From: Setoptus koraiensis
Taxonomy: Eukaryota; Animalia; Arthropoda
Direction of reading: 5' to 3'
DNA: 64,000 nt
Assembly: GCA_048013815.1 (NCBI GenBank)
Contig: CM106585.1
Location: forward strand, 21,328,001-21,392,000
The notes beneath the pieces are model-generated. The model was not told where the DNA came from. It saw only the letters and a program-made list of their open reading frames with translations, and made no database searches. Position numbers and translations under genes: made by a program. Shown here in pieces: positions 1-12,336 of the stretch; position 1 is the stretch's first letter; each line of letters opens with the position of its first letter.

Positions 1-1841
1 CCTCTGGCTACGACGCCAGCGGAAGAGTTGATGATTTGGCAGCTGAACTTTCGCGACCCATCACCTCTATTGCCATAGGATCAGCTGAAGGATTTAACCA
101 AGCTGAGAGTGCCATCAATAGCGCTTCGAAGAATGGCAAGTGGGTCATGCTCAAGAACGTGCATCTAGCTCCACAATGGCTGGTGCAACTGGAGAAGAAA
201 CTCTACTCCCTGGAGCCCCATACAAACTTCCGCCTATTCTTAACATTGGAGATTCATCCGAAAATTCCCGTCAATTTACTACGTGCTGGTCGAATATTCG
301 TCTATGAGCCACCTCCTGGTATTAAGGCTAATCTGCTCAGAACATTCAATACTATACCTGCTTCGCAAATGATGAGAACACCTAATGAAAGGTCTAGATT
401 ATACTTCTTGCTTGCATGGTTCCATGCGATAGTCCAGGAACGACTACGTTATCGACCGCTAGGTTGGTCAAAATGTTATGAGTTCAACGAGTCTGACTTA
501 AAAGTTGCAGTCAGCACACTGGACACATGGCTTGATTCGGCAACCCAAGGAAGAAACAACATAGCTCCCGAAAAGATACCTTGGCAGGCAATATGCACAT
601 TGTTAGGCGAGTGTATTTATGGTGGTAAAGTGGACAACATATTCGATCATCGACTGCTCAAATCGTTCCTTAGAAAATTCTTTACTAGCAAGAGTTTTGA
701 GTCGGATGGTTTCGCTTTGGTTGAAGATAGACTGAATCCGAATAATACTGTTCTCATTCCCGAAGGTATACGTCGAGATCAATTTCTATCTTGGGTTGAG
801 GCCCTGGGTCCATCGAGTCAATCACCAACTTGGTTAGGTTTGCCGCCCAATGCTGAACGGGTTATACTAAGAAATCACGGCCAGAATATGATAAGCAAAT
901 TATTAAGATTGCAGGCACTAGAGGATAACGACGAAGTTTTGGTGAGCATAAGCCAGAAAGCTGGTGACTCTAGCACTGATTCCTCTTTGGTGAGCGAACT
1001 TTCAGGTGGTGACGTAAGACCTACATACATGCGAGAGTTGGCGATAGATATCGAGAATTGGTTGAAGTTTCTGCCTGATAGATTGGAATTTTTGCGAAGA
1101 AGTATGGACAATATCAAAGATCCCTTATTTAGATACTTTGAGAGAGAAGTCAGCGTTGCTGCTAAGCTGCTCATGGATATAAGACGTGATCTGATGGAGT
1201 TGAGGGACATTTGCGATCCAGATAAGAGAATCAAGCAAACAAATTTCCACCGTGATATGGTCGAGCGTCTAGTCAAGGAACAGATACCGGAACATTGGAT
1301 CAGATATAAAGTATTGAAAGATATGAAAGTCAGGGCTTGGATAACAGATTTCTCGGAGCGCCTGAAACAACTGAACAGCGTTGTCGAAAGGTCCTCATCT
1401 TCGTTGAAAAATTTGCCAATCAACCTTGGGCGCCTTCTAAACCCTGAGGCCTATATCACCGCCACTAGGCAGTACGTGGCTCAAGCAAACAGTTGGTCGT
1501 TAGAAGAGTTGGAATTGGAGTTCACCATTCACGATACTACAAACGGCTCAGAGATGGATGGCGGTAGTTTTACCATACTTGGATTGCATTTGGAGGGAGC
1601 TACTAGCAGAGACAATAAATTATATCTTACGACTGCCATAATGACAGAGATTCCACTGGCAAGTATGAAATGGGTCAAGCGTAAGGCCAAAGAGGAAGGT
1701 TATATATCATTACCCGTGTATTTGGACCAAACAAGAGATGATCTACTGTTTACTATTGAAATGAAACCGGATGGCCAGGACAATATATGGTCATTCTTTG
1801 AGCGAGGTGTTGCTGTGACTTGCTGCTCAGCATCAGCTTGA
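1..1841 (+). CDS. DYNC1H1: Cytoplasmic dynein 1 heavy chain, C-terminal part (AAA6 region and C-terminal domain); 5'-partial, intronless over this 1.8 kb
   Basis: Frame is open from position 3 (SGYDASGRVDDLAAEL). Contains diagnostic cytoplasmic dynein motifs WVMLKNVHLAPQWL..LEKKL, FRLFLT.EI.PK.PVNLLRAGR.FV.EPPPG.KAN, PLGWSK.YEFNESDL, IYGGKVDN.FD.RLL and C-terminal FFERGVAV. Stop at 1839-1841; AATAAA near 1888. Confidence 0.97.
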   Translation, partial: SGYDASGRVDDLAAELSRPITSIAIGSAEGFNQAESAINSASKNGKWVMLKNVHLAPQWLVQLEKKLYSLEPHTNFRLFLTLEIHPKIPVNLLRAGRIFVYEPPPGIKANLLRTFNTIPASQMMRTPNERSRLYFLLAWFHAIVQERLRYRPLGWSKCYEFNESDLKVAVSTLDTWLDSATQGRNNIAPEKIPWQAICTLLGECIYGGKVDNIFDHRLLKSFLRKFFTSKSFESDGFALVEDRLNPNNTVLIPEGIRRDQFLSWVEALGPSSQSPTWLGLPPNAERVILRNHGQNMISKLLRLQALEDNDEVLVSISQKAGDSSTDSSLVSELSGGDVRPTYMRELAIDIENWLKFLPDRLEFLRRSMDNIKDPLFRYFEREVSVAAKLLMDIRRDLMELRDICDPDKRIKQTNFHRDMVERLVKEQIPEHWIRYKVLKDMKVRAWITDFSERLKQLNSVVERSSSSLKNLPINLGRLLNPEAYITATRQYVAQANSWSLEELELEFTIHDTTNGSEMDGGSFTILGLHLEGATSRDNKLYLTTAIMTEIPLASMKWVKRKAKEEGYISLPVYLDQTRDDLLFTIEMKPDGQDNIWSFFERGVAVTCCSASA

Positions 1842-2410
1842 TTTTAAGTTTAGTTCTATTTGTAATATAAACATGTATATTTGATATAATAAATGATAAG
1901 TCACACCAACTATATAAACTACAACAATGTATCACATTGCTTTCAGTGAAAAAAAAAAAACATTTTTTTAGTTGTCGATGTGTGACGGCTAGATCGTTTC
2001 TTTTTGTGCTTGCGTTTTTTGTCAACTCACAACGATGCAAATGCTTATTTTGGTCGGTGTAGTACCTAAACCATTCGCACAAAGTCTATCCCAATCATGG
2101 AAGTGTTGGCAGATCTATGGTTTGCACACTGCATGTTTCGAAACTAGTGCAATCTACAGGTCACTGTTGCAGTTTTTTAGTGTGACAAGATCGTGATGAC
2201 TAGGGATAAAATTAGAACTTTTTGAGTGCATATTCGGAGTTGCAACGAATAGAAACTTATGAAAATCATTACTGAAGCCAATATAGCTGAGATCTGTAGG
2301 CACTTTAGAAGGTTTATTCATTGGAAAAGACAAAATAAATATCTAATTGTGAGTAAGCCTCTGCCTTTAGAACAGATTAATCCAAAACTTCACAATACTT
2401 GTGGTGGATA

Positions 2411-3211
2411 ATGTTGTCTCAAATTCTAGTTAAATCATTGGTTGTTCTGGTGTTCGGTTTACTCTATACAAACCATGTAGGATCTATAAGATACGGCATC
2501 AGCGAAGATGAATTACAGATTCAGACTGATCCCACGGAATTGAAAGAATTAGGCAACAAGAAACTAGAAGAAAAAAAATATGAAGAGGCTCTTGAATGTT
2601 ACAACAAGGCACTAGAGATTGTGCGAGACGATGACAAACCAGAGAGTAGAAGATTGACGTCTGTATTGTATTTTAATATCGCTATAGTTCACGCAACCGC
2701 TAAAAATGCAAACTATGAACGGTCATCTATCGAGGCACTCACCATGGCTATAAATAATTGTGAGAAATATAAATGCGAAGATTTTGTCAGACCTTATGGT
2801 CTGAGGGCAGAATTTTATGCAGCATTAGGTGAATATGATATGGCGATAGCCGACTATTTGCAAATGAACGACATAGTCTCGCTGGACCCAAACAATCGTG
2901 CACTCTGTTTAAATATAGCGAGAAGAGTCCAGGAATTATCCCATAACTATGAGATTACAAATCGTAAAAAAACTCACTATGATATATTAGGTATCAGCAA
3001 GGGAGCCTCTACTATGGAAGATGTTAAGAAAGCTTATAAGAAACGAGCTATGATGTATCATCCAGACAAACATTTCAACGAAAACAAACACATGAAGGAG
3101 TTAAATGGACGCAAATTTAAACGTCTACAAGAGGCTTACGACGTTCTTAGAGATCCCGTGAAAAGAGCTGAGTATGATTATTATCAGAGGAGTAAAATCC
3201 GTATGTTTTAG
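2411..3211 (+). CDS. TPR + J-domain co-chaperone (resembles the C-terminal half of DNAJC7/Tpr2) with a predicted N-terminal signal peptide; intronless, 266 aa
   Basis: First ATG is at 2411 (the ORF track starts at an upstream TTG). Hydrophobic N-terminus MLSQILVKSLVVLVFGLLY. TPR1 ELKELGNKKLEEKKYEEALECYNKALE, further TPR-like segments VLYFNIA and YGLRAEFYAALGEYDMAIADY. J-domain HYDILGISKGAS..DVKKAYKKRAMMYHPDKH..FKRLQEAYDVLRDPVKRAEYD with an intact HPD. Confidence 0.88.
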   Translation: MLSQILVKSLVVLVFGLLYTNHVGSIRYGISEDELQIQTDPTELKELGNKKLEEKKYEEALECYNKALEIVRDDDKPESRRLTSVLYFNIAIVHATAKNANYERSSIEALTMAINNCEKYKCEDFVRPYGLRAEFYAALGEYDMAIADYLQMNDIVSLDPNNRALCLNIARRVQELSHNYEITNRKKTHYDILGISKGASTMEDVKKAYKKRAMMYHPDKHFNENKHMKELNGRKFKRLQEAYDVLRDPVKRAEYDYYQRSKIRMF

Positions 3212-3404
3212 CGCGATACAAGTAGTTGATGTACAAATCTAATACCAAAATAGAGTGTACCTGTAGAATCATTCAATACGATAGCTAGTTCTAATTTGCC
3301 ATGTTTGAAGTGTAAACTTTTAATGACGATTACAAATGAACACAATTGACATATAAAGGTACATTGAGCTAATTTAAATTCTTATCTATGAGTACATCTT
3401 CAAC

Positions 3405-4152
3405 TCAGTGTCTGATCAATCTGAGCCGATTCTTATCGTCGAGTGTGTAGCCTCTTCCGTTGACAGCAATGATAGGATTTGACGAAGCTTCCACTTTGAA
3501 ATTGCGTTCGTCCCATTTTGTAATCATGTCTTTTATAGTCTGAACATGATCAGTTTGTGCATGTTTATCTTCGTCGTCTTGTGTGTAATAATCATTATCG
3601 TCATCCCTGTGATAATTTCTGCTGAATCGCCTCTTTAGGGACTGGGGCCAGGTAAAGAATCTAGAAAACAAACTAGATCTATGGCTAGAGCTTTTAGGGG
3701 AAATGGTATACGTTGGATGGTTACTATTGTCACCTCAGTGCAGGTTTGTTCTCTTCTTGTCTCTCAAATGTCTAAGCTTACCTGGAACCAAGCGAGTCTT
3801 CTATGTCAAAATCCGTTGAACGTTTTCTTCGGGACAACATACCCCCGGGCATCCCGAAGCTTATACCATTATCCATATGTGAGAGGGATCCTCTCAAAGC
3901 ATGATGTAGTGGGCTCATTGGATAATTCTGCTGGCCAAGAGCTGTAGATAGAACACCTAACGACAGACCGATAACTATATCGTTCATGCGTTGCTTCCGT
4001 GCGAGCTCTCTCTTTTGGCGCCATCGCGACCAAAAAAGACATTCGACAGGTGCCGGTAATATTTGTGACAGAACAAGTATTATACACAAAATCGTCAACT
4101 TCGCACATTTTGAGTCATAAACGAAGCCAAATCGAAGCTTGATGAGTTGCAT
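3405..4152 (-). CDS. Orphan secreted prepro-protein, 2 exons (4152-3782; 3660-3405), 208 aa
   Basis: The two minus-strand ORFs of the track join in frame through a 121-nt intron (donor CCAG|GTAAGC at 3781; acceptor TTGTTTTCTAG|A at 3661, phase 2, giving ...DSLGSR-FFTWPQ...). ATG at 4152; hydrophobic h-region LTILCIILVLSQILPAPVEC; furin-type RRKR and a dibasic KRR site. Confidence 0.75.
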
Positions 4153-5907
4153 CGTGAGTTTTTCGTGAAGAGAGTTCGATAATACATGAAACAGATCAGC
4201 AGCAAACATACTGTTTGGATTGATTGGCGTAAGTTTCTTTTAATGGGATACTTCTTTATTAAAATCTCTTTGGTGCACAGTGATGATAGGGGCTCCTGTT
4301 GTTTTTGTGGATGTTCACTTTCGAGATTGATATTCTTCACTAAATCGAGATCTATATCTTGATACGAATGTTACGAAATCCAATAATGATATGTATTGGC
4401 AGTTTTGAAGCTAACCGAGCAATGTTCAATCTGGGCGACAGTTTGTTACACCATCAGATATATACTGTCCGTGCGGCTCGATTGAGAGTCAAACATATAG
4501 TGTTTCGCTCAATAGCTTAACTTGAGCAAGCGACGGTGGCATGTAGGCGGCCCCTGCAAGTTCTGAAAAGCGATGAAAGCTCAAAGAGAAATTTGTTTAT
4601 GAGGAGACATGGGTCAAAGAATCTTTTCCAACACATCACATCATGTTTGGTCTACAGAAGCAGACATAAAAAAGATGAATTTTTTTCCTCGCAGTTGGTT
4701 AGTATTCATATTATATTTGCACTATGAATATAGCAAGAAAGTAATGATTCGAGCAATGAACCGTTATCCGTGTTTGGACCTACCGCAAAGTCGGAGTGGC
4801 CACAGTTGACGATTCACACAGGCAGCAACATCGCTGGTCATTAACCTGGGTTTGAAAGTGTCTTGCCTTTGATCGTTCGTCTTTCCGGCTCTCGAGTTTT
4901 ACAGTTAATTTTGGCTGGTAATGGGCTTTTCCTCAGGGTATGGGCGAGTTGCAAGTTGCAAGAGATAAGGTTAATCGGGTGATATTTGAGACTTGCGTTA
5001 TGGAGAGCATACAGGGTGCAGTGACTGATTATTTTAGTGTGTTGAGAAATTTGTGAGTCTTAAATGTCACCCGATTCTCTCGATATGTTGGATTTTGCTC
5101 ATTTTATTCCAAAAAAGGTAATCTAGCACCAAGAAAATTTCTCAACTCATCGTTCTCTCGATAGTATCGAGTCGATACAAACGGATATCGCATCGCTCGA
5201 TGACAATATTTGCGTCACATAGAAACGTTATGTTGGACGCCAATTGACAATGCAGTATTGACATGTGAAGCTATTCAGTTGTCTGTGCACAATTGCTCCG
5301 CAGTTAAACAGTTTGCGTGCGTGATTGTTTGATACCGATTCGTTTGATATCGCATGAGTCGTACAAGTGTGTTGTTGTGCACAACTACAATGCACTTTGT
5401 GTTTACGAGAGCCTAATAAACGCGCCAAAACTAACGCAACATTGCATTTCTGTGCGCCACGCTCAAAGCTAAAAGCTGTTTTGTCGTTTTTAAAATCGGC
5501 ATGGTCACCAACACACGACGACTATTTATTAGTGGCAGCTTGAATAGCGATAGAGTGCGACAGACTCACAGGCGCAAAGACACAGACAGGGCTCGTACAG
5601 TTGCTCTTCCCGTAAGGACACGCATAGACGACCCAATTGTGTGTATCCTCCATTGTATTTATATGATAATTATCATTGTTATTTATAATCATCAATGTTC
5701 CTGGGACGAGAAACCATCTCATCATAACATCAACACATACATATATAAGCACTACAACTAATCACAAACACCGCTCACCTAGTTAGTTTGTCCATCGAAA
5801 TTCCATCACACTCACACACACACACGCGAATAAATTCGCCAGAAATTAGCGCGTTGTGACACCATCTCGCTCGAAATCACATCGTCATCATCATCGAAAT
5901 TGAGGAA

Positions 5908-6798
5908 ATGGTACTCACAAGAGCCCAGCGACTTAAACAGGAGACCGGAGACACCACCGATGCGCCCAAACAGAAGGCGTCCAAAAATGGCGAGCCTGCC
6001 GCTAAACAACCAAAAACGCCCAAAGTGGTCGTAGAGGACGAAGATCAAGACATGCAAGATTCAGAGCCAGCCACCCCCGCCGTCGTGCCCAAACAAAAAT
6101 CCGCCAAGAAGGCCCAAAAACTGCCCAAAGAAGCGCCCAAGAGCGCCCTCAAGTCAAGCAAAGATGCGCCCAAAAAGAAGCCATCCTCCAAGGCCACTGC
6201 CGAGCCTGTCGCCAAGCCCCGAAAGGCAACTAAGAAAGTAGTGGAGGAAGAGAAGGAGGAGGAAATGGACGAGGAGGAGCAGGAAATAGACGAGGAGGAG
6301 CAGGAGGAAGAGAAGCAGGAAGAGGTCGTGGATACCAGTGAAGATATGGACACCCATGAACAAGACGCGTCGGGCGATGACACTGCAGCGGCCGAAGATC
6401 TCGAAGAGGACGCGCCACTAAACGGCCACGTGCACGTCGATCAAGCCGAGCCGGCTCATACAGATGAGGCAGATGAAGAGCAGGACCAAGAGGAGCTCGA
6501 GGCCGAGCCCAAATCGCCCAAAAACAATAAGAAGGCCGATGCCGATGAGTACGAATTCATTCCTTCGCAAGCAGCTAAGAAGAAGAAGAAAAAGCCCACC
6601 TCAACTAAAGCCGAGACAAAAACATCTAAATTAGAAGTTGCTTCAACTAAAAAACTTGACCAAGTTATCTCTCCTGCACGGGAGACCTTTTTGAATTTCA
6701 AGGAGGAACGTATATCATCCAAGAAGGGCGCTGATGGAAAAACTAGAAAAGTTCCCACTAATCCCACCAAAGATTGGAAAAAGAAGATGCGTGGCTAA
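5908..6798 (+). CDS. Lys/Glu/Asp-rich low-complexity protein, probably nuclear or nucleolar and disordered; intronless, 296 aa
   Basis: ATG-started 296-codon ORF with coding-like codon usage: basic Lys-rich N-terminal third, long acidic tract (EEEKEEEMDEEEQEIDEEEQEEE), KKKKKK NLS-like run and a basic C-terminus. No family recognised. Confidence 0.8.
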   Translation: MVLTRAQRLKQETGDTTDAPKQKASKNGEPAAKQPKTPKVVVEDEDQDMQDSEPATPAVVPKQKSAKKAQKLPKEAPKSALKSSKDAPKKKPSSKATAEPVAKPRKATKKVVEEEKEEEMDEEEQEIDEEEQEEEKQEEVVDTSEDMDTHEQDASGDDTAAAEDLEEDAPLNGHVHVDQAEPAHTDEADEEQDQEELEAEPKSPKNNKKADADEYEFIPSQAAKKKKKKPTSTKAETKTSKLEVASTKKLDQVISPARETFLNFKEERISSKKGADGKTRKVPTNPTKDWKKKMRG

Positions 6799-7259
6799 AC
6801 GGGCGACCACATCTATATGATCGATTTGCTTCACACATCTATTCATACTATTAACCAACTAGATCACGAATGAAACTATATGAATGATAAAATGTTCACT
6901 ATATCTACTTCTAATTACAACCTACAACAATCATTATTGTGACATCAATTTTTTTAAACGTAGTGAGAAGTAGAAGATTGACTTCAAGCAGCCCAACACA
7001 GCCCACTCTAACCACATTGTTGTAAACCTTGTACATTGGATTTGAAATTGCGCGCTGCGAAAAAATAAACATTTGTTATGATCGCGAATAATGCCGTGTG
7101 TTTAGAATATTTTATTATTCACTTATACTTTCACAACCACGAAACATTTCTTGCCATTCTCACATCATCATTCTCTATTTACACTGAATATAACTAGATA
7201 GTTCCACATTTACTCGGACAAAACAATTCCTGAGCACTGCGGTGGAATATACTCAAAAA

Positions 7260-8707
7260 ATGAGTGCCAGAAGCCTTAATCCTTCCAAAGCTAGAAGGCG
7301 GATAGCAAGGGCAAAGTCAAAAGCTCGACCCGGTAAGTCAACAAAACTTCTTCTTTAAAATCTGATGTGTCGATATATTCACTCTATGATTGATCATCGT
7401 ATTTATATCGGTTACAATCTCTATTTTGTCTGAACTGTCAACTATAGAATTAATAACTAGAGATGACTATGACGAGTGGACAATGTATGATTTGGCCAGG
7501 ATATTCGATACGGATCCAGATAAAGTTATTACACGAGACCATGTTCCTCGAATAGACGCTAACAGGGTTGAGTACACAGAATTCTTGGAAAAATACGAGA
7601 AAAAGTATCTGCCTGTTGTGTTGATTGGTGTCATGCAAGATTGGCCAGCAACAAAAAAATGGAATATCAAGGAATTAACTAGAAAATTTAGGAATCAAAA
7701 GTTCAAATGTGGCGAAGACAACGAAGGATACAGTGTCAAGCTCAAGATGAAATATTTCACGTATTACATGGAAACAAATCAGGATGATAGTCCATTGTAT
7801 ATATTCGACAGTAGCTACGGAGAAGTAAGTTGACACTATGTCAAGAATAATATACAAATGGCACGCTTATGATAATCTTGGCATATCATTTTATCATAAT
7901 AATGCATTGCAATTATTAACCAGAGTGCAATTACTGTTTTTCTCATATTGGATCACTATTTAGCATCCCACCAAAAAGAAATTACTAAAAGACTATTCCG
8001 TGCCCAAATACTTTCGTGAGGATCTATTCAAATATGCAAGTGAACACAGCCGGCCTCCATACAGATGGTTTGTGATGGGTAGCGCTCGATCAGGAACTGG
8101 CATACACATAGATCCATTAGGAACCAGTGCTTGGAATGCATTATTGGTTGGCTATAAAAGATGGTGCCTTTTCCCAACGGATACACCAAGGCAATTGATA
8201 AAATTGAATGGACTCGAAGGAGGCAAACAGAGCACTGAAGCTATCCAATGGTTTGTTACCATATATCCTAGAACTCAATTGCCATCATGGCCTCAACAAT
8301 ATCGCCCGATTGAGATACTTCAGAGACCGGGAGAAACAGTCTTCATACCGTCTGGTTGGTGGCACGTAGTTATAAATCTTAGCGATACCATTGCTGTAAC
8401 TCAAAACTTTGTTAGTTCTGTCAATTTCTCGGTAGTATGGCATAAGACCGTTAGATCAAGACCGAAACTATCTAATAAATGGTTGGAAAGACTAAGGACG
8501 CACAGGCCTGATCTAATTGAAATAGCTGAAAGTATAGATATCAATAAACCAACTGGCATTACAACAGATAGTTCAAGCGGATCTTCCAGTTCCAGTTCAT
8601 CCTGCTCCTCTTGCTGTGGATCGGACAGTGAGGATTCAGGCCAATCTAGTTTAGGCAATCACCGCAAAAGGTTGGATAATGGTGGAGAACCTCACCCCAT
8701 GAATTGA
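7260..8707 (+). CDS. JMJD6: JmjC-domain bifunctional arginine demethylase/lysyl hydroxylase JMJD6 (PSR); 3 exons 7260-7332, 7448-7824, 7964-8707; 397 aa
   Basis: Exon 1 [24 protein letters not shown] parallels the JMJD6 N-terminus. GT-AG introns at 7333-7447 and 7825-7963 keep the frame. Motifs [87 protein letters not shown], and a C-terminal poly-Ser tract. Confidence 0.97.
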
Positions 8708-9156
8708 TTACAATTGATTAAAGAAAGAACCATGATTGATATTATGTTCCATGATGGCATAATAACATGTGCGATGGGATACTTAGCGCGTTGATTAACT
8801 ATAGTGTGATATGATACTAATGCGCTGTTGAACGTCTATAAAGATTTCAATAAATAATTGTTTTTTCTACAATACAATCTATGAGTAAGTTTTAACAACG
8901 TTACATTGGATAACGTTAATGAAAAAAAATTATAATTTATTCCTCTTTTACATATCGATTCTTTCAGTATCATCAATACATATCAGCGTGTGCACCTTTT
9001 GTGTGTGTGTGTATGTTGTTTGTTTAATAATATAAAGGTATCGGAAAACACTTTCTTGCAATCAATTTTATTACTTTGGAACGGACCGTTCGACGGACCT
9101 AACCAATTATTCTTCATGAAGAAAAGACTTGTTGTAGTGCATCATCATCATCATCA

Positions 9157-10330
<1,174 letters not shown>

Positions 10331-11287
10331 TCACTTATTGCTGTGTGTATGTATATGTATTATGTAATAATTGATGAGTTAATATATGTATGCGTGTAAG
10401 ACGCGTTACAATGACGCGTAACTGGCTACTGGTGGGCCTACTTATACTCTTATGGGTTGGCTTATCTGTTGTTGAGTTGCTGGTGATGTATTGCTGGCTG
10501 GTTGGATGCTGTGATATCGCTGGCCGATATTGGCCAATGTTGTTCAGCTTGTTCTCAACTTGTTGACTGATGACGACTAACTGACGAGTGTCGCCGGCGC
10601 GTCGTATCGTTTCTATAAGCTATCTAAGAGCTGTCTACTGTGTATGAGTTGTGTCTATGTTATATGTATGAGCTATCCAAGAGCTGGCTGGCTGGCTGGC
10701 TGCTCGTCTGTAGTTGTTCAACAACTGTTGTTGCTGGAGTGGCTCGTGTGAGTTGTTGTGTGGTTGTTGAGTGTGGTTGTTGTGTGGTTGTTGTGAGCTT
10801 GCTGTGAGGTTGTTGTGAGGTTGTGCTGCAGTGAGCGGATAATAGTAGCGAGTGGATAGTAGCTAGTGGATAGTAGTGATGGCGACAACGACAAAACGAG
10901 AATGAGAGTGCTGCTACTAGATTAACATTAGCTGCATGTTACACGATGAGCGGATAACAGCATAGACTCGCTCTCGTCGCACTAGCATCGCCGGTTGCAT
11001 TGCCAGCTCAATACTGCTGCTCAATAACACAGCAGCAGTTGGCCACGAGACGGCGGCGCAAACGGGGGGGGGGCAGCAGCAGCAAAAGCGAGACCGCGGC
11101 GCAAACGGGGGGAAGCAGCAGCAGCAGCAAAAGCGAGAAAGCGCACACACACACGCACACGCACGCACGCACACGAGAGCTTGAGTAACAGGATTACATT
11201 TTGGCCGCTAGAGGGGAAGCAACAGTTGCGGGGCGGGCGTATAGCGTTGCCAGTGCCGCCGTGAGTGCCGGCGCCGCTGGCACATAG

Positions 11288-11293
11288 AACTGA
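11288..11293 (-). promoter_or_regulatory. Candidate Inr (TCAGTT) for the ovo transcript, with a putative 5'UTR intron 11197-10917
   Basis: Minus-strand TCAGTT matches the arthropod Inr. Downstream there is a donor-like AAAT|GTAATC at 11197 and a branch/acceptor-like CTAAT..TAATCTAG|TAG|CAG at ~10931-10911. Motif matches only. Confidence 0.3.
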
Positions 11294-11337
11294 TAGAAGT
11301 AGCTGCATATAGAACTGTACTCGCTATTGCACACTGC

Positions 11338-11417
11338 ACACACACACTACACACACACTACACACACACACTACACACACACACTACACACACACACTAC
11401 ACACACACACTACACAC
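11338..11417. repeat. Compound (CA)n/CTA minisatellite
   Basis: Repeated CTACACACACA-type units. Confidence 0.9.
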
Positions 11418-11765
11418 GACGCACGGCAGCACTGGCAACTAGAGACTGTAGCAGAGACTCTCTAGCAGAGACTCCCTAGTGGAGAGTTCGCGCGCTGCGC
11501 CGCTGTGCCTCGCGCCGCCGAGCGTAGTGTGCATCATGCAGCTCTACAAGTTATGCTGCGAGTTATGCTGCAAGCACTACTGTACTGCCGAGCACAAGTT
11601 GTACAGTTGGGCGAGTTGTACAGCGCCGCACAAGTTGAACTGCTGCTCGCGCGCGCTCGCAAGCTCGCAGCGCAATCCTTGCACTGCAAGGCTTGCAGTG
11701 CTCAAAGGCGCGCACATTGCACCGACGCTGCGGCGACGCTGCACCGGCACCGCGAGCGCGCAATC

Positions 11766-12075
11766 TAGTGCACAATGTAGTGCCCAACGTAGTGCCCAAT
11801 GTAGCGCGCAATGTAGTGCACTGTGTAGTGCAATATGTACAGTTGCGCCCAAAGTGAGACGCTATAGAACGCGCTCGCCGAATGCACGCGCCCTCCGCTC
11901 GCCACAATCTGCTGCAACTTGCACCGCGCTGCACAGTCGCTGGGCGCGCACTCAAATCGCAAATCTCAATTTGAGAATCTCAATTCTCGATTTGAGCTGC
12001 TGTGATAGCGACGCTACGATAGCGACGCTACGATAGCGACGCTATGATAGCAACGCTATGATAGCAATGCGATCA
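11766..12075. repeat. Two short minisatellites: 12-mer TAGTGCNCAATG x~6 (11766-11840) and 14-mer GATAGCGACGCTAC x~5 (12004-12075)
   Basis: Visible tandem units. Confidence 0.85.
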
Positions 12076-12292
12076 TAGCAACAGACAGCGACGAGTGGCG
12101 ACCAATAGCGACGAATTGCGGCGAATTGCGACGAATGGCGACGAGTAGCGACGAGCAGCAAACGGCAACGGACGCAATCGCAGGGGCTCAACGGGCTGAT
12201 TGCATGCCTCTGTGCGACAGTCTGCAGTACAGACTGCGCTTCTGCCGCACCAGCTCTGCGGGACCGTTCGTGCCCTATGCTGCCCAGGCGAC

Positions 12293-12336
12293 GGCCAATC
12301 AGCGGCCAATCAGCGGCCGATCAGCGGCCCTATAAA
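12293..12336 (+). promoter_or_regulatory. CCAAT-CCAAT-TATAAA arrangement pointing away from ovo
   Basis: GGCCAATCAG occurs twice (CCAAT at 12295 and 12306), followed by TATAAA at 12331. The CCAAT boxes sit inside an 11-nt tandem repeat. Confidence 0.3.

Noticed and set aside
875-1423. 182-aa minus-strand ORF
   Set aside because: Antisense shadow of the dynein CDS.
5382-5395. 14-nt minus-strand match to the 5' part of miR-33 (GTGCATTGTAGTTG)
   Set aside because: It diverges after 14 nt, has no pre-miRNA-length complementary arm, and is not in an SREBP intron.
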